Of a DNA stretch of 64,000 nt, positions 1 through 9,879 are shown in pieces; position 1 is the stretch's first letter, and every line of letters starts with the position of its first letter. Both the position numbers and the translations under genes were made by a program. This stretch comes from an uncultured Acidobacteriota bacterium (lineage in GTDB: Bacteria; Acidobacteriota; Thermoanaerobaculia; Multivoradales; UBA5704): positions 5,024,001 through 5,088,000 of the forward strand of contig CAVYRF010000002.1 of NCBI GenBank assembly GCA_963770895.1, given 5' to 3'. Below the pieces are notes generated by a model. The model searched no databases. It had not been told where the DNA came from and saw only the letters and a list, made by a program, of their open reading frames with translations.

Positions 1-1066
1 GCGGATCGTTGCTGAACAGCGCCGCGAGCTGGCGGGGGAAGGTGCCAAACGCGACGGCAAACAGCGCCATCAGGCCTGCGCCCAAGCCCAGACACACGGC
101 CGCGGTGCGCCGCGCCGCCGGCATGTCGGCCGCCCCGATGGCATTGCCGATCCGGGTCGCGGCGGCGCCGCCGATCCCGAGCGGCACCATGAACGACAAC
201 GCGGACAGCATGATCGCGATCTCGTGGCCGGCCAGGGTCGCGGCGCCCAGCCGGCCCATCAGCAGGGCGATGGCCATGAAGAACGAAAGCTCGAGCGTCA
301 TGTGAAATCCGATCGGCACGCCGATGCGCAGCAGCTGCACGATATCGCCCCATGCCTCGCCCAGCCGCGCGCGCACGCGGGCCGCCGGGAGCCGCGGCGC
401 CGCCGCCATCAAAACCAGCAGCATCACCCAGCGCGCCGCCGAGGTGGCGTAGGCCGAGCCGGATACGCCGAGCGCCGGGCAGCCCCAGAGGCCGAAGATG
501 AGGGCGTAATTGCCCAGCGCGTTGACCAGGTTGCCGACGGCGACCGCCGCCAGCGCGGGCCATACGATCCCCATGGCTTGCAGGCTCTGCCGCTGCACGT
601 AGAAGAGCAGGTACGGGAGGTTGCCGAAAATCAGCACACGGAGGTAGGTGGTCGCGTCGGTCACCACCCCCGCCGGCTCGCCCAGAGCGCGCAGCAGCGG
701 GGACACGTCGAGCATCGCCGCCGACAGCGGCAGGGCCAGCAAGACCGCCAGCAGCAGCCCGCGCCGCCAATGGCGGCCGATCGCCGCGCGATCGCCGGCG
801 CCGTGCGCCTGCGCCACCAGCGGATCGAGCGCCCCCAGCGTGCCGGCGCCAAACACCAGCAGCGACATGCTGACGATGTGACCGATCGCGCACGCCGCCA
901 AGGCTCGCGCCGAAAGGTGGCCGAGCATCGTGGTATCCACCGTGCCCATCAGCATGAGGCCCAGCTGCACGGTCACTACCGGCAGCGCCAGGCGCGCCGA
1001 GCCCCGCACCTCGGTCCAGATCCTGCCCTCGCCGGCAGTGCTGCCCCAGTCTCCTCCGATCGCCAA
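1..1066 (-). CDS. MATE family efflux transporter (NorM-like), runs off the window edge
   Basis: Not in ORF track. Manual minus-strand translation from TTG at 1066 (GGAGG upstream): MAIGGDWGSTAGEGRIWTEVRGSARLALPVVTVQLGLMLMGTVDTTMLGHLSARALAA..., a typical MATE N-terminus, continuing to ...QLAALFSNDP at the edge. Confidence 0.88.
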   Translation of the reverse strand, partial: MAIGGDWGSTAGEGRIWTEVRGSARLALPVVTVQLGLMLMGTVDTTMLGHLSARALAACAIGHIVSMSLLVFGAGTLGALDPLVAQAHGAGDRAAIGRHWRRGLLLAVLLALPLSAAMLDVSPLLRALGEPAGVVTDATTYLRVLIFGNLPYLLFYVQRQSLQAMGIVWPALAAVAVGNLVNALGNYALIFGLWGCPALGVSGSAYATSAARWVMLLVLMAAAPRLPAARVRARLGEAWGDIVQLLRIGVPIGFHMTLELSFFMAIALLMGRLGAATLAGHEIAIMLSALSFMVPLGIGGAAATRIGNAIGAADMPAARRTAAVCLGLGAGLMALFAVAFGTFPRQLAALFSNDP

Positions 1067-1208
1067 GTTCTGTCGCCTCCCGCGGTGCGCTCCGTGGCCC
1101 TGATGGCTTCCAACTATAGACGGCCCTGGTGCCCCGGATCGCGAGGCATGCTCGCGGCGCCCCGGCGGCGGTGCTCCCAGGTGGGGGCCGGCGGCGGTAC
1201 GATAGCGA

Positions 1209-2294
1209 GTGGTGTCCGATCGCGGTGAGTCCTGGCCAACCCTTGCCGCGCTGGTGCGGGCATTGGTGCCCGGCACCAGCTGGGAGCAGGCGCGGGTGTT
1301 GTGCCGCGCGGGCCGGGTGCTGGTCGGCGGCAGCCCGTTGGTCGATCCGGCAGCGCGACCCGACCCCGCCAGCCGGATCGAAGTGCTGGCGGAGGGCGCC
1401 CGGCCGCCGGCCGCGGCGCATCCGTTGGTGGGGGAGGCGCGGCAGGCGAAATCACAAAGCCTGGTGGTGTACGCGGATGCCGACGTGGTGGTGGTGCGCA
1501 AGCCGGCGGGAATCCTCACCGTCCCCTTCGAGCGCGGCGACCGCGACACGCTGCTCGACCTGACCCGCGTCGCGCTGCGCCGCCGCGAATCCGCCGCACG
1601 CGCGCCCCGGTTCGATCCCGCCGATGCCGCCGATGCGTCGATCGCCGCCGCCGGAAGCCGCGATCCGCGCGGCAACCCGCCGCCTTCGCGCCGCGGCGGC
1701 TTCAGTCCGACCTTGCGAGCGGTGCAGCGTCTGGACCGCGACACCTCGGGGCTGCTGGTCTTTGCGCGCACCGTCGCCGCGCAGCGGCACCTGCAGCAAC
1801 AGCTGGCGGAGCGCCTGGTGACGCGTCGCTACCAGGCGCTGGCGCACGGGCGGGTCGAGGACGCGACCTTCGATACCTGGCTGGTCGCGGATCGCGGCGA
1901 CGGCCTGCGGGGTTCGCTGGCGGCACCGCCACCGCAGCGGCAGCAGGATTGGGCGCGGCTGGCGCCGCCGGAGGGCGCCCGGCAGGCGGTGACGCTGGTG
2001 CGCGTGCTGGCGGCGCTGCGTGGTGCCACCCACGTCGCGTGTCAGCTTGAGACCGGCCGCCAACACCAGATCCGCATCCACCTCGCCGAAGCCGGTCATC
2101 CTCTGCTGGGCGAGAACGTCTACATCCGCGACTACCGCGGCCCCCGCATCGCCGCGCCGCGCCCCATGCTGCACGCCGCGGTGCTGGGCTTCCAGCATCC
2201 GCGCGACGGCCGCCGCCTGCACTTCGAAGATCCGCCTCCCGCCGACTTCGTCGAGCTGCTCGGACGGCTGCGCCTGCGACCCGCCCGGCCTTGA
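1209..2294 (+). CDS. RluA-family RNA pseudouridine synthase
   Basis: S4-like N-terminus, VVRKPAG, catalytic QRLDRDTSG, LETGRQHQIRIH, GHPLLG and MLHA motifs. Confidence 0.9.
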   Translation: MVSDRGESWPTLAALVRALVPGTSWEQARVLCRAGRVLVGGSPLVDPAARPDPASRIEVLAEGARPPAAAHPLVGEARQAKSQSLVVYADADVVVVRKPAGILTVPFERGDRDTLLDLTRVALRRRESAARAPRFDPADAADASIAAAGSRDPRGNPPPSRRGGFSPTLRAVQRLDRDTSGLLVFARTVAAQRHLQQQLAERLVTRRYQALAHGRVEDATFDTWLVADRGDGLRGSLAAPPPQRQQDWARLAPPEGARQAVTLVRVLAALRGATHVACQLETGRQHQIRIHLAEAGHPLLGENVYIRDYRGPRIAAPRPMLHAAVLGFQHPRDGRRLHFEDPPPADFVELLGRLRLRPARP

Positions 2295-2312
2295 CGCGGC
2301 GATCGGGGCGAG

Positions 2313-2345
2313 CCGGCGATCCGGCGATCCGGCGATCCGGCGAGC
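2313..2345. repeat. 9-bp tandem repeat (CCGGCGATC) x ~3.5, intergenic
   Basis: ccggcgatccggcgatccggcgatccggcgagc read directly. Confidence 0.7.
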
Positions 2346-2446
2346 CTGGGATCGATCCCGACTGGAGGCACCGCCGCGCGGAGCGCACGGCTTCACGCGT
2401 GCGGCCGATTGACGAAGCAAGGGGTGTTTTCCGTCTATCAGGGTGA

Positions 2447-4033
2447 ATGCTGGCCCACGCTTCGACTGCCACCCCTTGGGGGATTGAGGCCCAGCTGGTG
2501 CTGGTGGAGGTGGACGTCCATCAAGGCCTGCCGATGATGCACATCGTCGGCTTGCCGGACGCTGCGGTGCGGGAAAGCCGCGAGCGCGTGCAGACGGCGG
2601 TCCGCAACTGCGGCTTTCATCGGGAGGCGCGGGCGGTCACGATCAACCTGGCGCCCGCCGATTTGCGCAAGGAGGGCAATCACCTCGATCTGGCGATCGC
2701 CCTGGCGCTCCTCGCCAGCGAGGGACATCTGCCGCAGGACGCGCTGGGCGATCGGCTGTTCTGCGGCGAGCTGGGTCTGGACGGCGCGGTGCGGCCGATT
2801 CGCGGCGGCCTCGCCATCGCCGATCTGGGCGCGCGTCTGGGGGTCCGCGAGATCCTGCTGCCGGCGGCGAATGCCGGCGAAGCGTCGGCGCTGGAAGCCG
2901 TGCGGGTCATCGCCGTGCGCACCTTGACCGAGGCCGTGCATCACCTGCTCGGCAGCGCCCCGCTGCCAGCCGCCGCAGCGCCGCGGCGCATCGATCGAGG
3001 GACCATGCCGCGTCACCGCGCGGGCGGCAATGGCGCCGCGGTGGGCTCCCCTGGCACGCCGCCGCCCGTCGCCCGCCCCGACCTGGCCGACGTGCAGGGT
3101 CAGGCGGCCGCCAAGCGCGCCCTTGAGGTCGCGGCGGCCGGCGGCCACAACCTGCTGCTGCTCGGCCCTCCAGGTTCCGGCAAGACCATGCTGGCGCGCT
3201 GCCTGCCGGCGCTGCTGCCGCCGCTGACGCAAGCCGAAGCCATCGAGGTCACCAAGATCCACTCCCTGGCCGCGGAATCCCCGCCCACGCACCTGATGCA
3301 CGAGCGCCCCTTCCGCAGTCCCCACACCAGCACCAGCACCGCGGGCCTGGTCGGTGGTGGCAACCCGCCGCGGCCGGGGGAAGCCAGCCTTGCCCACCAC
3401 GGCGTCCTCTTCCTGGACGAGCTGCCCGAGTTCCGCCGCGACACCCTGGAAGCTCTGCGCCAACCGCTTGAGGAAGGTTTTGTCACCATCGTCCGCGCCG
3501 GCGCATGCCTCACCTTCCCAGCCCGTTTCTCGCTGCTTGCCGCGCTTAACCTGTGTCCGTGCGGCCATCTGGGAGATCCCCGTCACCGCTGTTCGTGCCC
3601 GTCGCCGGCCATCGAGCGCTACCGCAGCCGCATCTCGGGACCGCTGCTCGACCGCATCGACCTGCACCTTGAGGTCACTCCCCCCAGCATTCACGAGCTG
3701 CGCGGCGGCGCCGGCGAAACGTCGACCACCGTCGCTCGCCGCATCGCCGCCGCGCGCGACCGCCAGATCGCCCGCTTCGGCGTCACCAGCCCCTTTCCGG
3801 TCAACGCCGCCATGGATCGCGAACAGCTGCGCCGGCACTGCCATCTGGACCCCGCCAGCCAGGAGCTCCTGGACGAAGCCTTCCTGACGCTCGGTCTGTC
3901 CGTGCGCGCTCTGGACCGCGTTCTAAGAGTCGCGCGCACCATCGCCGACCTGGACGCCGCGCCCGACATCCAAGCCGCGCACCTGGCCGAAGCCATCCAA
4001 TATCGCGTCCTGGACCGCCGCTTTCTGGGTTGA
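2447..4033 (+). CDS. comM: YifB/ComM Mg-chelatase-like AAA+ ATPase
   Basis: IVGLPDAAVRESRERV, NLAPADLRKEG, Walker A GPPGSGKT, RPFRSPH, GVLFLDELPEF, CPCG, SGPLLDRID. Confidence 0.93.
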   Translation: MLAHASTATPWGIEAQLVLVEVDVHQGLPMMHIVGLPDAAVRESRERVQTAVRNCGFHREARAVTINLAPADLRKEGNHLDLAIALALLASEGHLPQDALGDRLFCGELGLDGAVRPIRGGLAIADLGARLGVREILLPAANAGEASALEAVRVIAVRTLTEAVHHLLGSAPLPAAAAPRRIDRGTMPRHRAGGNGAAVGSPGTPPPVARPDLADVQGQAAAKRALEVAAAGGHNLLLLGPPGSGKTMLARCLPALLPPLTQAEAIEVTKIHSLAAESPPTHLMHERPFRSPHTSTSTAGLVGGGNPPRPGEASLAHHGVLFLDELPEFRRDTLEALRQPLEEGFVTIVRAGACLTFPARFSLLAALNLCPCGHLGDPRHRCSCPSPAIERYRSRISGPLLDRIDLHLEVTPPSIHELRGGAGETSTTVARRIAAARDRQIARFGVTSPFPVNAAMDREQLRRHCHLDPASQELLDEAFLTLGLSVRALDRVLRVARTIADLDAAPDIQAAHLAEAIQYRVLDRRFLG

Positions 4034-4160
4034 ACTGCGGAGCCAGTGCCGGCGCCGGGTGGGGCCACACCACGCAAGCCGTACGGCCCCACGCGGGGCC
4101 GCCCACGGCCCGTCCGTCGTGCCGGGCCGCCTGGAGGGACGTGGGCGAAAGCCCATGGAT

Positions 4161-5729
4161 TCAACGCAGTGCGGCTTGCCTCGCCAGCTGCGCGCCGATC
4201 TCCAGCACAGCGGCCAGCAGGGCGTCGAAGTCAGAGCGCCGGCTACGGTGGTTGACGTTGGCCACGCGCAGGGCGTAGCAGCCGTCGATCTCGGTGCCCG
4301 ATGGCGCCGCGACGCCCGTCTCCTGGAGCCGCAGCAGCAGCTCCGCGTTGAGTGTGTTGAGCGCATTGTGGGCGTCGTCCGGCGCGACGGTAGCGGGCCG
4401 GTAGCGGAAGCACACCACGTTCAGCGGCACCGGCGCCAGCAGCTCCAGGTCTGGGTGCGCCGCGATGCCCGCCGCCAGGTAGGCTGCCTGCTCCACGTTC
4501 TGCTCGATGATGCGGGCAAGGCGCGCCATGCCGTGGGCTTTCCACGACAGCCAGACCTTGAGCGCGCGAAAGCCCCGCGTCAGCTCGATGCCGCGGTCGG
4601 CAAACGGCAGTCCGCCGGCAATCACGCCGCGCGTCGACGGGGCGAGGTAGCGAGCCGTCATCGCGAAGGCGGCCCGATGCAGCTCGGCGTCGCGGATCAG
4701 CACACAGGCGCATTCGAACGGCAGCGATCCCCACTTGTGAAGATCGAAGCCGAGCGAGTCCGCTCGCTCGATGCCGCGGACCAGGTGGCCCAGGTGGGGA
4801 GAGAGGCGGGCCAGGGCACCGAAGGCACCATCGACGTGGAACCAGAGCCGCTCGACACGGCACAGCTCGGCCAGGGCATCAAGGTCGTCGATGGCGCCGG
4901 TGTTCACCGTGCCGGCGGTGCCGGCGATGCAGCATGGCAGGTGTCCCGCGGCACGGTCCGCCGCCACCGCGGCGGCAAGAGCCGCGACGTCGATGCGCCC
5001 CTGGGAATCCGTCTCCACCAGGCGCAGGGCCGAGCTGCCCAGGCCCAGTACCTCCACCGCCCGCGCCGCCCAGCCATGGATCTCCGTCGATCCATAGATC
5101 CGCAACCGCCGGCTCAGCGCCTGGACCCCGTCCCGCCGCACGTCGCAGCCGGCGGAAAGCGCCGCTGCATGCCGCGCCACGGCCAGGCCGAGCAGGTTGG
5201 CCATCGTGCCGCCGGACACCAGCAAGCCGCTGGCCGCCGCCGGAAACCCCATGATCTCCGCGCACCACGCCAGCACCTGATCCTCGACCCGAGCCGGCGC
5301 CTGGTTGAAGCCCGCCATGTGAGGATTCAACCCCGCCGCCAGCATCTCGGCCATCATCCCCAGCGGCGTGCCGTTGCCCTGCACCCACCCCCAGAACCGG
5401 GGATGCAGATTGCCGTTCGGATAGGGCAGGACTCGCTCGACAAACTCCTCATACGCCGCCGCCGCGCCCACCCCCACCACCGGCACTGGCTCGTCAAACG
5501 AAGCCGCCACCGCCGCCGGCATCTGCCGCCAAGCCGGCTCGCCCGGCAGCCCCTCCAGCCGCCCCAGCATGTCATCCACCATCCTGTGGGCCAGTTGGCG
5601 AAACGCCGCCCATTCGGCAGGGTCCCGTGGGTCGAACGTCTCTTCCGGGCTCGCGCTCCTCACGCCCACCTCTGCGCAAACCCCTTCGTCATCCCCTTCG
5701 TCATCCCCTTTACCAGCCCTCTCGCTCAT
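4161..5729 (-). CDS. Group II PLP-dependent amino-acid decarboxylase (aromatic-L-amino-acid/diaminobutyrate decarboxylase-like)
   Basis: HPRFWGW, SGGTMAN, AGTVNTGAIDDL, WFHVDGAFG, PLP lysine in FDLHKW, RGFRALK; ATG 5729 has an AGGAGG RBS. Confidence 0.88.
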   Translation of the reverse strand: MSERAGKGDDEGDDEGVCAEVGVRSASPEETFDPRDPAEWAAFRQLAHRMVDDMLGRLEGLPGEPAWRQMPAAVAASFDEPVPVVGVGAAAAYEEFVERVLPYPNGNLHPRFWGWVQGNGTPLGMMAEMLAAGLNPHMAGFNQAPARVEDQVLAWCAEIMGFPAAASGLLVSGGTMANLLGLAVARHAAALSAGCDVRRDGVQALSRRLRIYGSTEIHGWAARAVEVLGLGSSALRLVETDSQGRIDVAALAAAVAADRAAGHLPCCIAGTAGTVNTGAIDDLDALAELCRVERLWFHVDGAFGALARLSPHLGHLVRGIERADSLGFDLHKWGSLPFECACVLIRDAELHRAAFAMTARYLAPSTRGVIAGGLPFADRGIELTRGFRALKVWLSWKAHGMARLARIIEQNVEQAAYLAAGIAAHPDLELLAPVPLNVVCFRYRPATVAPDDAHNALNTLNAELLLRLQETGVAAPSGTEIDGCYALRVANVNHRSRRSDFDALLAAVLEIGAQLARQAALR

Positions 5730-6191
5730 GGCTCCCTCCTGGCGGATGCAGCGCATTCTGCCGCCGGAACCGTGCCCAGCGCTATCCGCTTCTTGCGCTG
5801 GTTGTGCACTCGCTGACCTCGGGCCCTTCATCGCAGCGCCAGCACTTGACCCACGCCGGCCAGCGACCCTCGTGCAGGTCGTTCAGGAACCGCTAGCAAG
5901 CCCCCCCGCGTTGTGGCACGTCGATTTCGCAGAAGGTTCGGCTTGCCGACGTAGCGGGCGAACCGGCACTCCGGATTCACCTGCGCGATGCTCGCAGTGT
6001 CGAGTGGGAGGCGATCTCTCAGGTCCAGGAAACGTTCATCTCATTCAAGCTGGCTCCGGAAGCCGCGAGTAGCATCTTTACCCTACTTTCCGAGGACTCT
6101 AAATCTGAACCTATTCGATTGGCCTTTCTGCACCCGCAGATCGAGTCGGTTCGCAGGACACTTCAACCGAGGGAACTAACCGAGCGCGACG

Positions 6192-7955
6192 CTAATTGCT
6201 GGCGGTGCAGGGTAGGGCGGAGGTGTCCTGGATTGGGGGGGCGGCGGTGTTTGGAGGATTGGTGTAGGTGGTGAAGTTGCCGGTCTGGGTGTCGAGGAGT
6301 TGCAGGGTGAAGGCAACGTTGGTGTCGGCGGCGGCGAAGAGCCAGAAGCGGTTGTTGACGGCACAGCCGTCCAGGATCTTGACCAGCAGTTCCGGGTTGC
6401 CGGGAGCGAAGAACCAGAAGAGGCCGCCCTGGGCTATGCCCAGGCTCTTGAGGGGGATCGGAGTGGCGCTTCCCGATTGGGCGGCGGAGGTGAAGGCCGC
6501 GGTGATGGCGAAGCGGCTGTCGCCGGGCTGGTGGTCGATGCAAAGGGTGGTCGAGTTGGCGGTGCAGGGTGTCGAAGGGGCGAGGACCGCGGCGATCGGA
6601 TCGACCCATTGGTAGCCGTTGGTCGCATCCCAATTGACCGACCATGTCATGGCGCCGCGGATGCCGGGCCACAGGGTGGGTGGGTGGAAGATGCCGCAGG
6701 CGTTGCCGGTTTGCAGGCAGGCCAACGCTGCCAGGACGACGGCCGACGGGACGTAACCGCTGCCCGCCGCGGGGGTGGCGGGCGTGCCGATGCCGACCTG
6801 GTCGGGTCGCAGGCCGTTTTCCAGCTCGGTACAGGCGAGCGCGGTCAGAAAGTCCACGTTGCCTTCGGCGTAGATGTTGCCGTCGCAGCCAGCGGTTGTG
6901 CCGGAGTCGTAGTACTGGACGTTGACCACCGTCAGGATGTCCTTGATGCTGAGCGCCAGTTGAAAGTAATCCGTGGTGGTCACGCTCATGTCGTACGTTC
7001 CTGGCGCCATCGTGATCAGGACGCCCGGCCTGGCGGTGGCGATCGCCCGCAGACCCAGGCTTAGCGCTGCCGGCGTGATGCCGTGCTCCAGGTCGATGTC
7101 CACGCCATCGAAACCGTATTGGTTCATCAGGCCAAGCACGCTGCTGGCGAAGACACCGGCCGCCGCCGAGTCGCTCACCGTGATCGTCCCGTCCGCGCCG
7201 CCGACAGAAAGGACGACCTTGCGGCCCTGCGCGTGGAGCACGGCAATATCGCTGATGAACTCCGCGTCGCCGCCATAGCCAAGGTCGGCGGCGTCAAGCT
7301 GAAACGCAACCCCGCCGGGAGTCGCCGTCGCACTTGCAAACGCCACCGCCACCAGGTTGTAACCGGGCGGCACGTCGCGCAGTTTGAGCACCGTCGCCCC
7401 ATTGACAAAGTTCTGCCAATACCCCGTCACCAGGTGAGCCGGCGCACTGCTCGCCGCCGCCGTCGTAGCCGCCATCGCGGCGGTCGCAACCGTTGCCGCG
7501 GTCGCCGGCCCTGCCATCGTTGGCGCTGTCGCAGGGGGCGCTGCGGTCGCCGCTGCCGCCGCTCTTGCCGCCATCGCGGCGATCGCAACTGTCGCCGCGG
7601 TCGCCGGCCCTGCGATCGCTGGCGCGGTCGCAGGGGGCGCTGCGGTCACCGCTGTTGCCACCATTGCCGCGGTCGCAACTGTCGCCGCGGTCGCCGGCCC
7701 TGCCATTGTTGGCGCAGTCGCAGGGGCCGCTGCGGCCGCCGCGGTTGCCAGCGCCGCAGCTGTTGCCACCATCGCCGCGGTTGTAGCCGTTGTCGCCATT
7801 GACGACGATCCTCGAAGCGCTATGAGACACGTCGCGATGCAGACGGCAAAGCTACGCGGAATCGCGGTTTGGCGGCGCCGTTCGCCGCGACCGCCGTCGC
7901 TCGGCGGCACCTGCCGCTGGAGCCTTGCGCCCTTCAGCGCTACGTGATCCTTCAT
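6192..7955 (-). CDS. Secreted GH18 chitinase with Ala/Thr repeat linker and conserved C-terminal domain (start uncertain)
   Basis: GYWQNF, SVGGA, catalytic FDGVDIDLE (DxxDxDxE), GAMTWSVNWD; signal-like segment RRRQTAIPRSFAVCIATCLIAL. Confidence 0.88.
   Translation of the reverse strand: MKDHVALKGARLQRQVPPSDGGRGERRRQTAIPRSFAVCIATCLIALRGSSSMATTATTAAMVATAAALATAAAAAAPATAPTMAGPATAATVATAAMVATAVTAAPPATAPAIAGPATAATVAIAAMAARAAAAATAAPPATAPTMAGPATAATVATAAMAATTAAASSAPAHLVTGYWQNFVNGATVLKLRDVPPGYNLVAVAFASATATPGGVAFQLDAADLGYGGDAEFISDIAVLHAQGRKVVLSVGGADGTITVSDSAAAGVFASSVLGLMNQYGFDGVDIDLEHGITPAALSLGLRAIATARPGVLITMAPGTYDMSVTTTDYFQLALSIKDILTVVNVQYYDSGTTAGCDGNIYAEGNVDFLTALACTELENGLRPDQVGIGTPATPAAGSGYVPSAVVLAALACLQTGNACGIFHPPTLWPGIRGAMTWSVNWDATNGYQWVDPIAAVLAPSTPCTANSTTLCIDHQPGDSRFAITAAFTSAAQSGSATPIPLKSLGIAQGGLFWFFAPGNPELLVKILDGCAVNNRFWLFAAADTNVAFTLQLLDTQTGNFTTYTNPPNTAAPPIQDTSALPCTASN
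7471..7799. repeat. Intragenic tandem repeat, ~3.3 units of 90-108 bp encoding PATAPTMAGPATAATVATAAM
   Basis: Units start at about 7471, 7570, 7660 and 7768 (partial). Confidence 0.85.
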
Positions 7956-8233
7956 GCGCTCACCGCTTGGCTGTCCCATGACCCAAAGAGGAATCAATTT
8001 TACTGGCGTGCCCCCTTGCGCATCCGTAGCGCCAGGACCTGCCGCCTTGGCCGACCTTTGCGCCGTGGGTGGCGACGGTCGTGCTGCGATGGTCCGGACA
8101 CTCTGCCATGCCGCTTGCAGCATATCTTGGCAGGCGGACCGCGCGCGCGATGGTGGTGTGGTGATCGAGGGTGAACGGATGGTGGCGAGCAGGCTGTGGT
8201 GGTGGACCGAGGTTTTGCGCCTTGCTTGCTGGG

Positions 8234-9772
8234 TCACCGGTCGACTCCGAAGTCGTAGTAATCGTTGGCGGGGCCGAGGAGGAGTGCATATTCGCCTGGT
8301 GGCAGCGGCGCCAGGGGGCGGACACGAAAGCGGGCTTGGCGGCGGCTTCCGGCGGCGTCGGGCGGCTGCTGCTGGATGGCGAGGTGGATGGGATCTTCGG
8401 CTTGACGAAAGTGCCAGGATCTGGCCTGGGACGGATCGGCGGGCCTTTTCAGCTCGCGCCGGCCGGCAAAGGCATCGAGCCGGAACAGGACGATCGCGCT
8501 GGGGATGGAAAGGTCGGTCGGGTAGGTTGCCTCGAACGTTGGCGTCGGGGTGGCAACGCGCACGGCGGCGCGCGGCCCGGGGAACACGCTGGTGGTGGTC
8601 CTGGCGAGGCCGGGAAGCATGGCCTTGAGGGCGCTGGGACCGATCAAGATGCAGGCTGCCCTTTGCATGCGCTGCTCGCGCCCGGGCAGCCGCAGGCCGT
8701 CATCCCGGATGAGCTTCAGTCCCGGCTGGCCGTCACTTTCGGCGGCATGGGCTGCGGCTGCCGTCGCTTCCTCCGAGTCTTGTACGGCGGTCGTTTGGGC
8801 ACCTGCGGCACGCAGCATCGCGGCGAGCACGGAGTCGCCGATGCCGGCGTTCTTGAGGGCGATGAGGGCTTCGGGCGTGGTCGTGAAGCGAGCCGGGGTG
8901 TGCTCGATGGCGACAACGATCAAGTCGTCCCCCAGATTCGCCTTTTTCATCGCCACGATGTCCTGGTTGTGCAGCGCCTTGGCGCCCGGCGGTTCGTGAC
9001 AGCTGTCGGGCGAGATCGCCCGGCCGTCGGCCAGTCGCACGGTGAGTGGGGCGGGCGGCGCTGCAGGCGCCGTCAAGACCCCCGGCGCCCAAAGCGCAGC
9101 CATCCGCGCCGGTGTCGCCGAGGCCAGTGGCGTCGCTGGTGTGCCTGGTGCCCACGGGGTTGCGGGCGTTGGCGGCGCGGCTGCGGATGGGCGCCCGGTT
9201 TGGGCGCTGATTGCCAGGGCGGTGGCGGCGGCCAGGGCCATGACGCGGGTCTTGCGGAGGCGCCGGCGGGGCGCTTGGAGGGTCAGCTTGGCGGTGGCCT
9301 GGGCGCGCGAGAATTTGGCGATGGCCGACGAGGGCAGGGTGGAGATCTTGTCGGGAGTCAGCTTGCCGGTGGTGACGCGGCTGGTCTGCCTGCCGTGTTT
9401 TGGTTTGCGGCCCGCGGTCCCTGGCAGCCGGCGCGGCCCCGCGGCGAGTCGCGTCTTGATTGGGTTTGCCGGCAGCGTCACAGGGCGGGCAGTGGCTGCA
9501 GGCTGGGGGCTGGGGTTGTGGGCCGGCGCCGGCGGGGGCGCCTTTTTCATGGCGTGTGCCTTGGTCCCTGTCAGAGCCTTTGGCGTCGACGGGGGCATCC
9601 TCTTTGGAGCCGTCCGGGGCCTTGTGCGGGGCATCGCCTGGGCCATGGTCGGCGCCAGCATCCTGGCGAGGAACCGTTTGAGCTTTGTGGCCGAGGTGCT
9701 GGCGGGGCTTGCGGCTGCGGTGGTCCTTGGTGAGCTGCCTGGGCATGGGGTGCTGCTGATCTTGGTTGCCAC
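8234..9772 (-). CDS. Conserved hypothetical exported protein (true start probably well downstream of 9772)
   Basis: Helical module LHNQDIVAMKKANLGDDLIVVAI...FTTTPEALIALKNAGIGDSVLAAML and C-terminal PLPPGEYALL...YDFGVD; signal-like RRRLRKTRVMALAAATALAISAQ near 9240; the first ~170 aa are low-complexity. Confidence 0.6.
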   Translation of the reverse strand: MATKISSTPCPGSSPRTTAAASPASTSATKLKRFLARMLAPTMAQAMPRTRPRTAPKRMPPSTPKALTGTKAHAMKKAPPPAPAHNPSPQPAATARPVTLPANPIKTRLAAGPRRLPGTAGRKPKHGRQTSRVTTGKLTPDKISTLPSSAIAKFSRAQATAKLTLQAPRRRLRKTRVMALAAATALAISAQTGRPSAAAPPTPATPWAPGTPATPLASATPARMAALWAPGVLTAPAAPPAPLTVRLADGRAISPDSCHEPPGAKALHNQDIVAMKKANLGDDLIVVAIEHTPARFTTTPEALIALKNAGIGDSVLAAMLRAAGAQTTAVQDSEEATAAAAHAAESDGQPGLKLIRDDGLRLPGREQRMQRAACILIGPSALKAMLPGLARTTTSVFPGPRAAVRVATPTPTFEATYPTDLSIPSAIVLFRLDAFAGRRELKRPADPSQARSWHFRQAEDPIHLAIQQQPPDAAGSRRQARFRVRPLAPLPPGEYALLLGPANDYYDFGVDR

Positions 9773-9879
9773 GGTCTACCTCTTTGCCGCGGCCGGTTTT
9801 GGCCGCGGTTGAAAACGACGTCTATCCAGGTAGACGCAAAAGCTCGCTCCGTACGCGCATCAGCTGATATGAAGCGCGG

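Noticed and set aside
224-1228. Long + strand ORF, and similar Arg/Pro-rich ORFs such as 4059-5816, 14131-16080, 22753-25833, 33200-35431 and 46237-48207
   Set aside because: These are shadow frames of real opposite-strand genes, expected in very GC-rich DNA; they contain no motifs.
5925-6035. Glycine riboswitch (GAAGG...CTCTCAGG)
   Set aside because: There is no upstream GGAGA element or supporting helices, and no + strand gene downstream.
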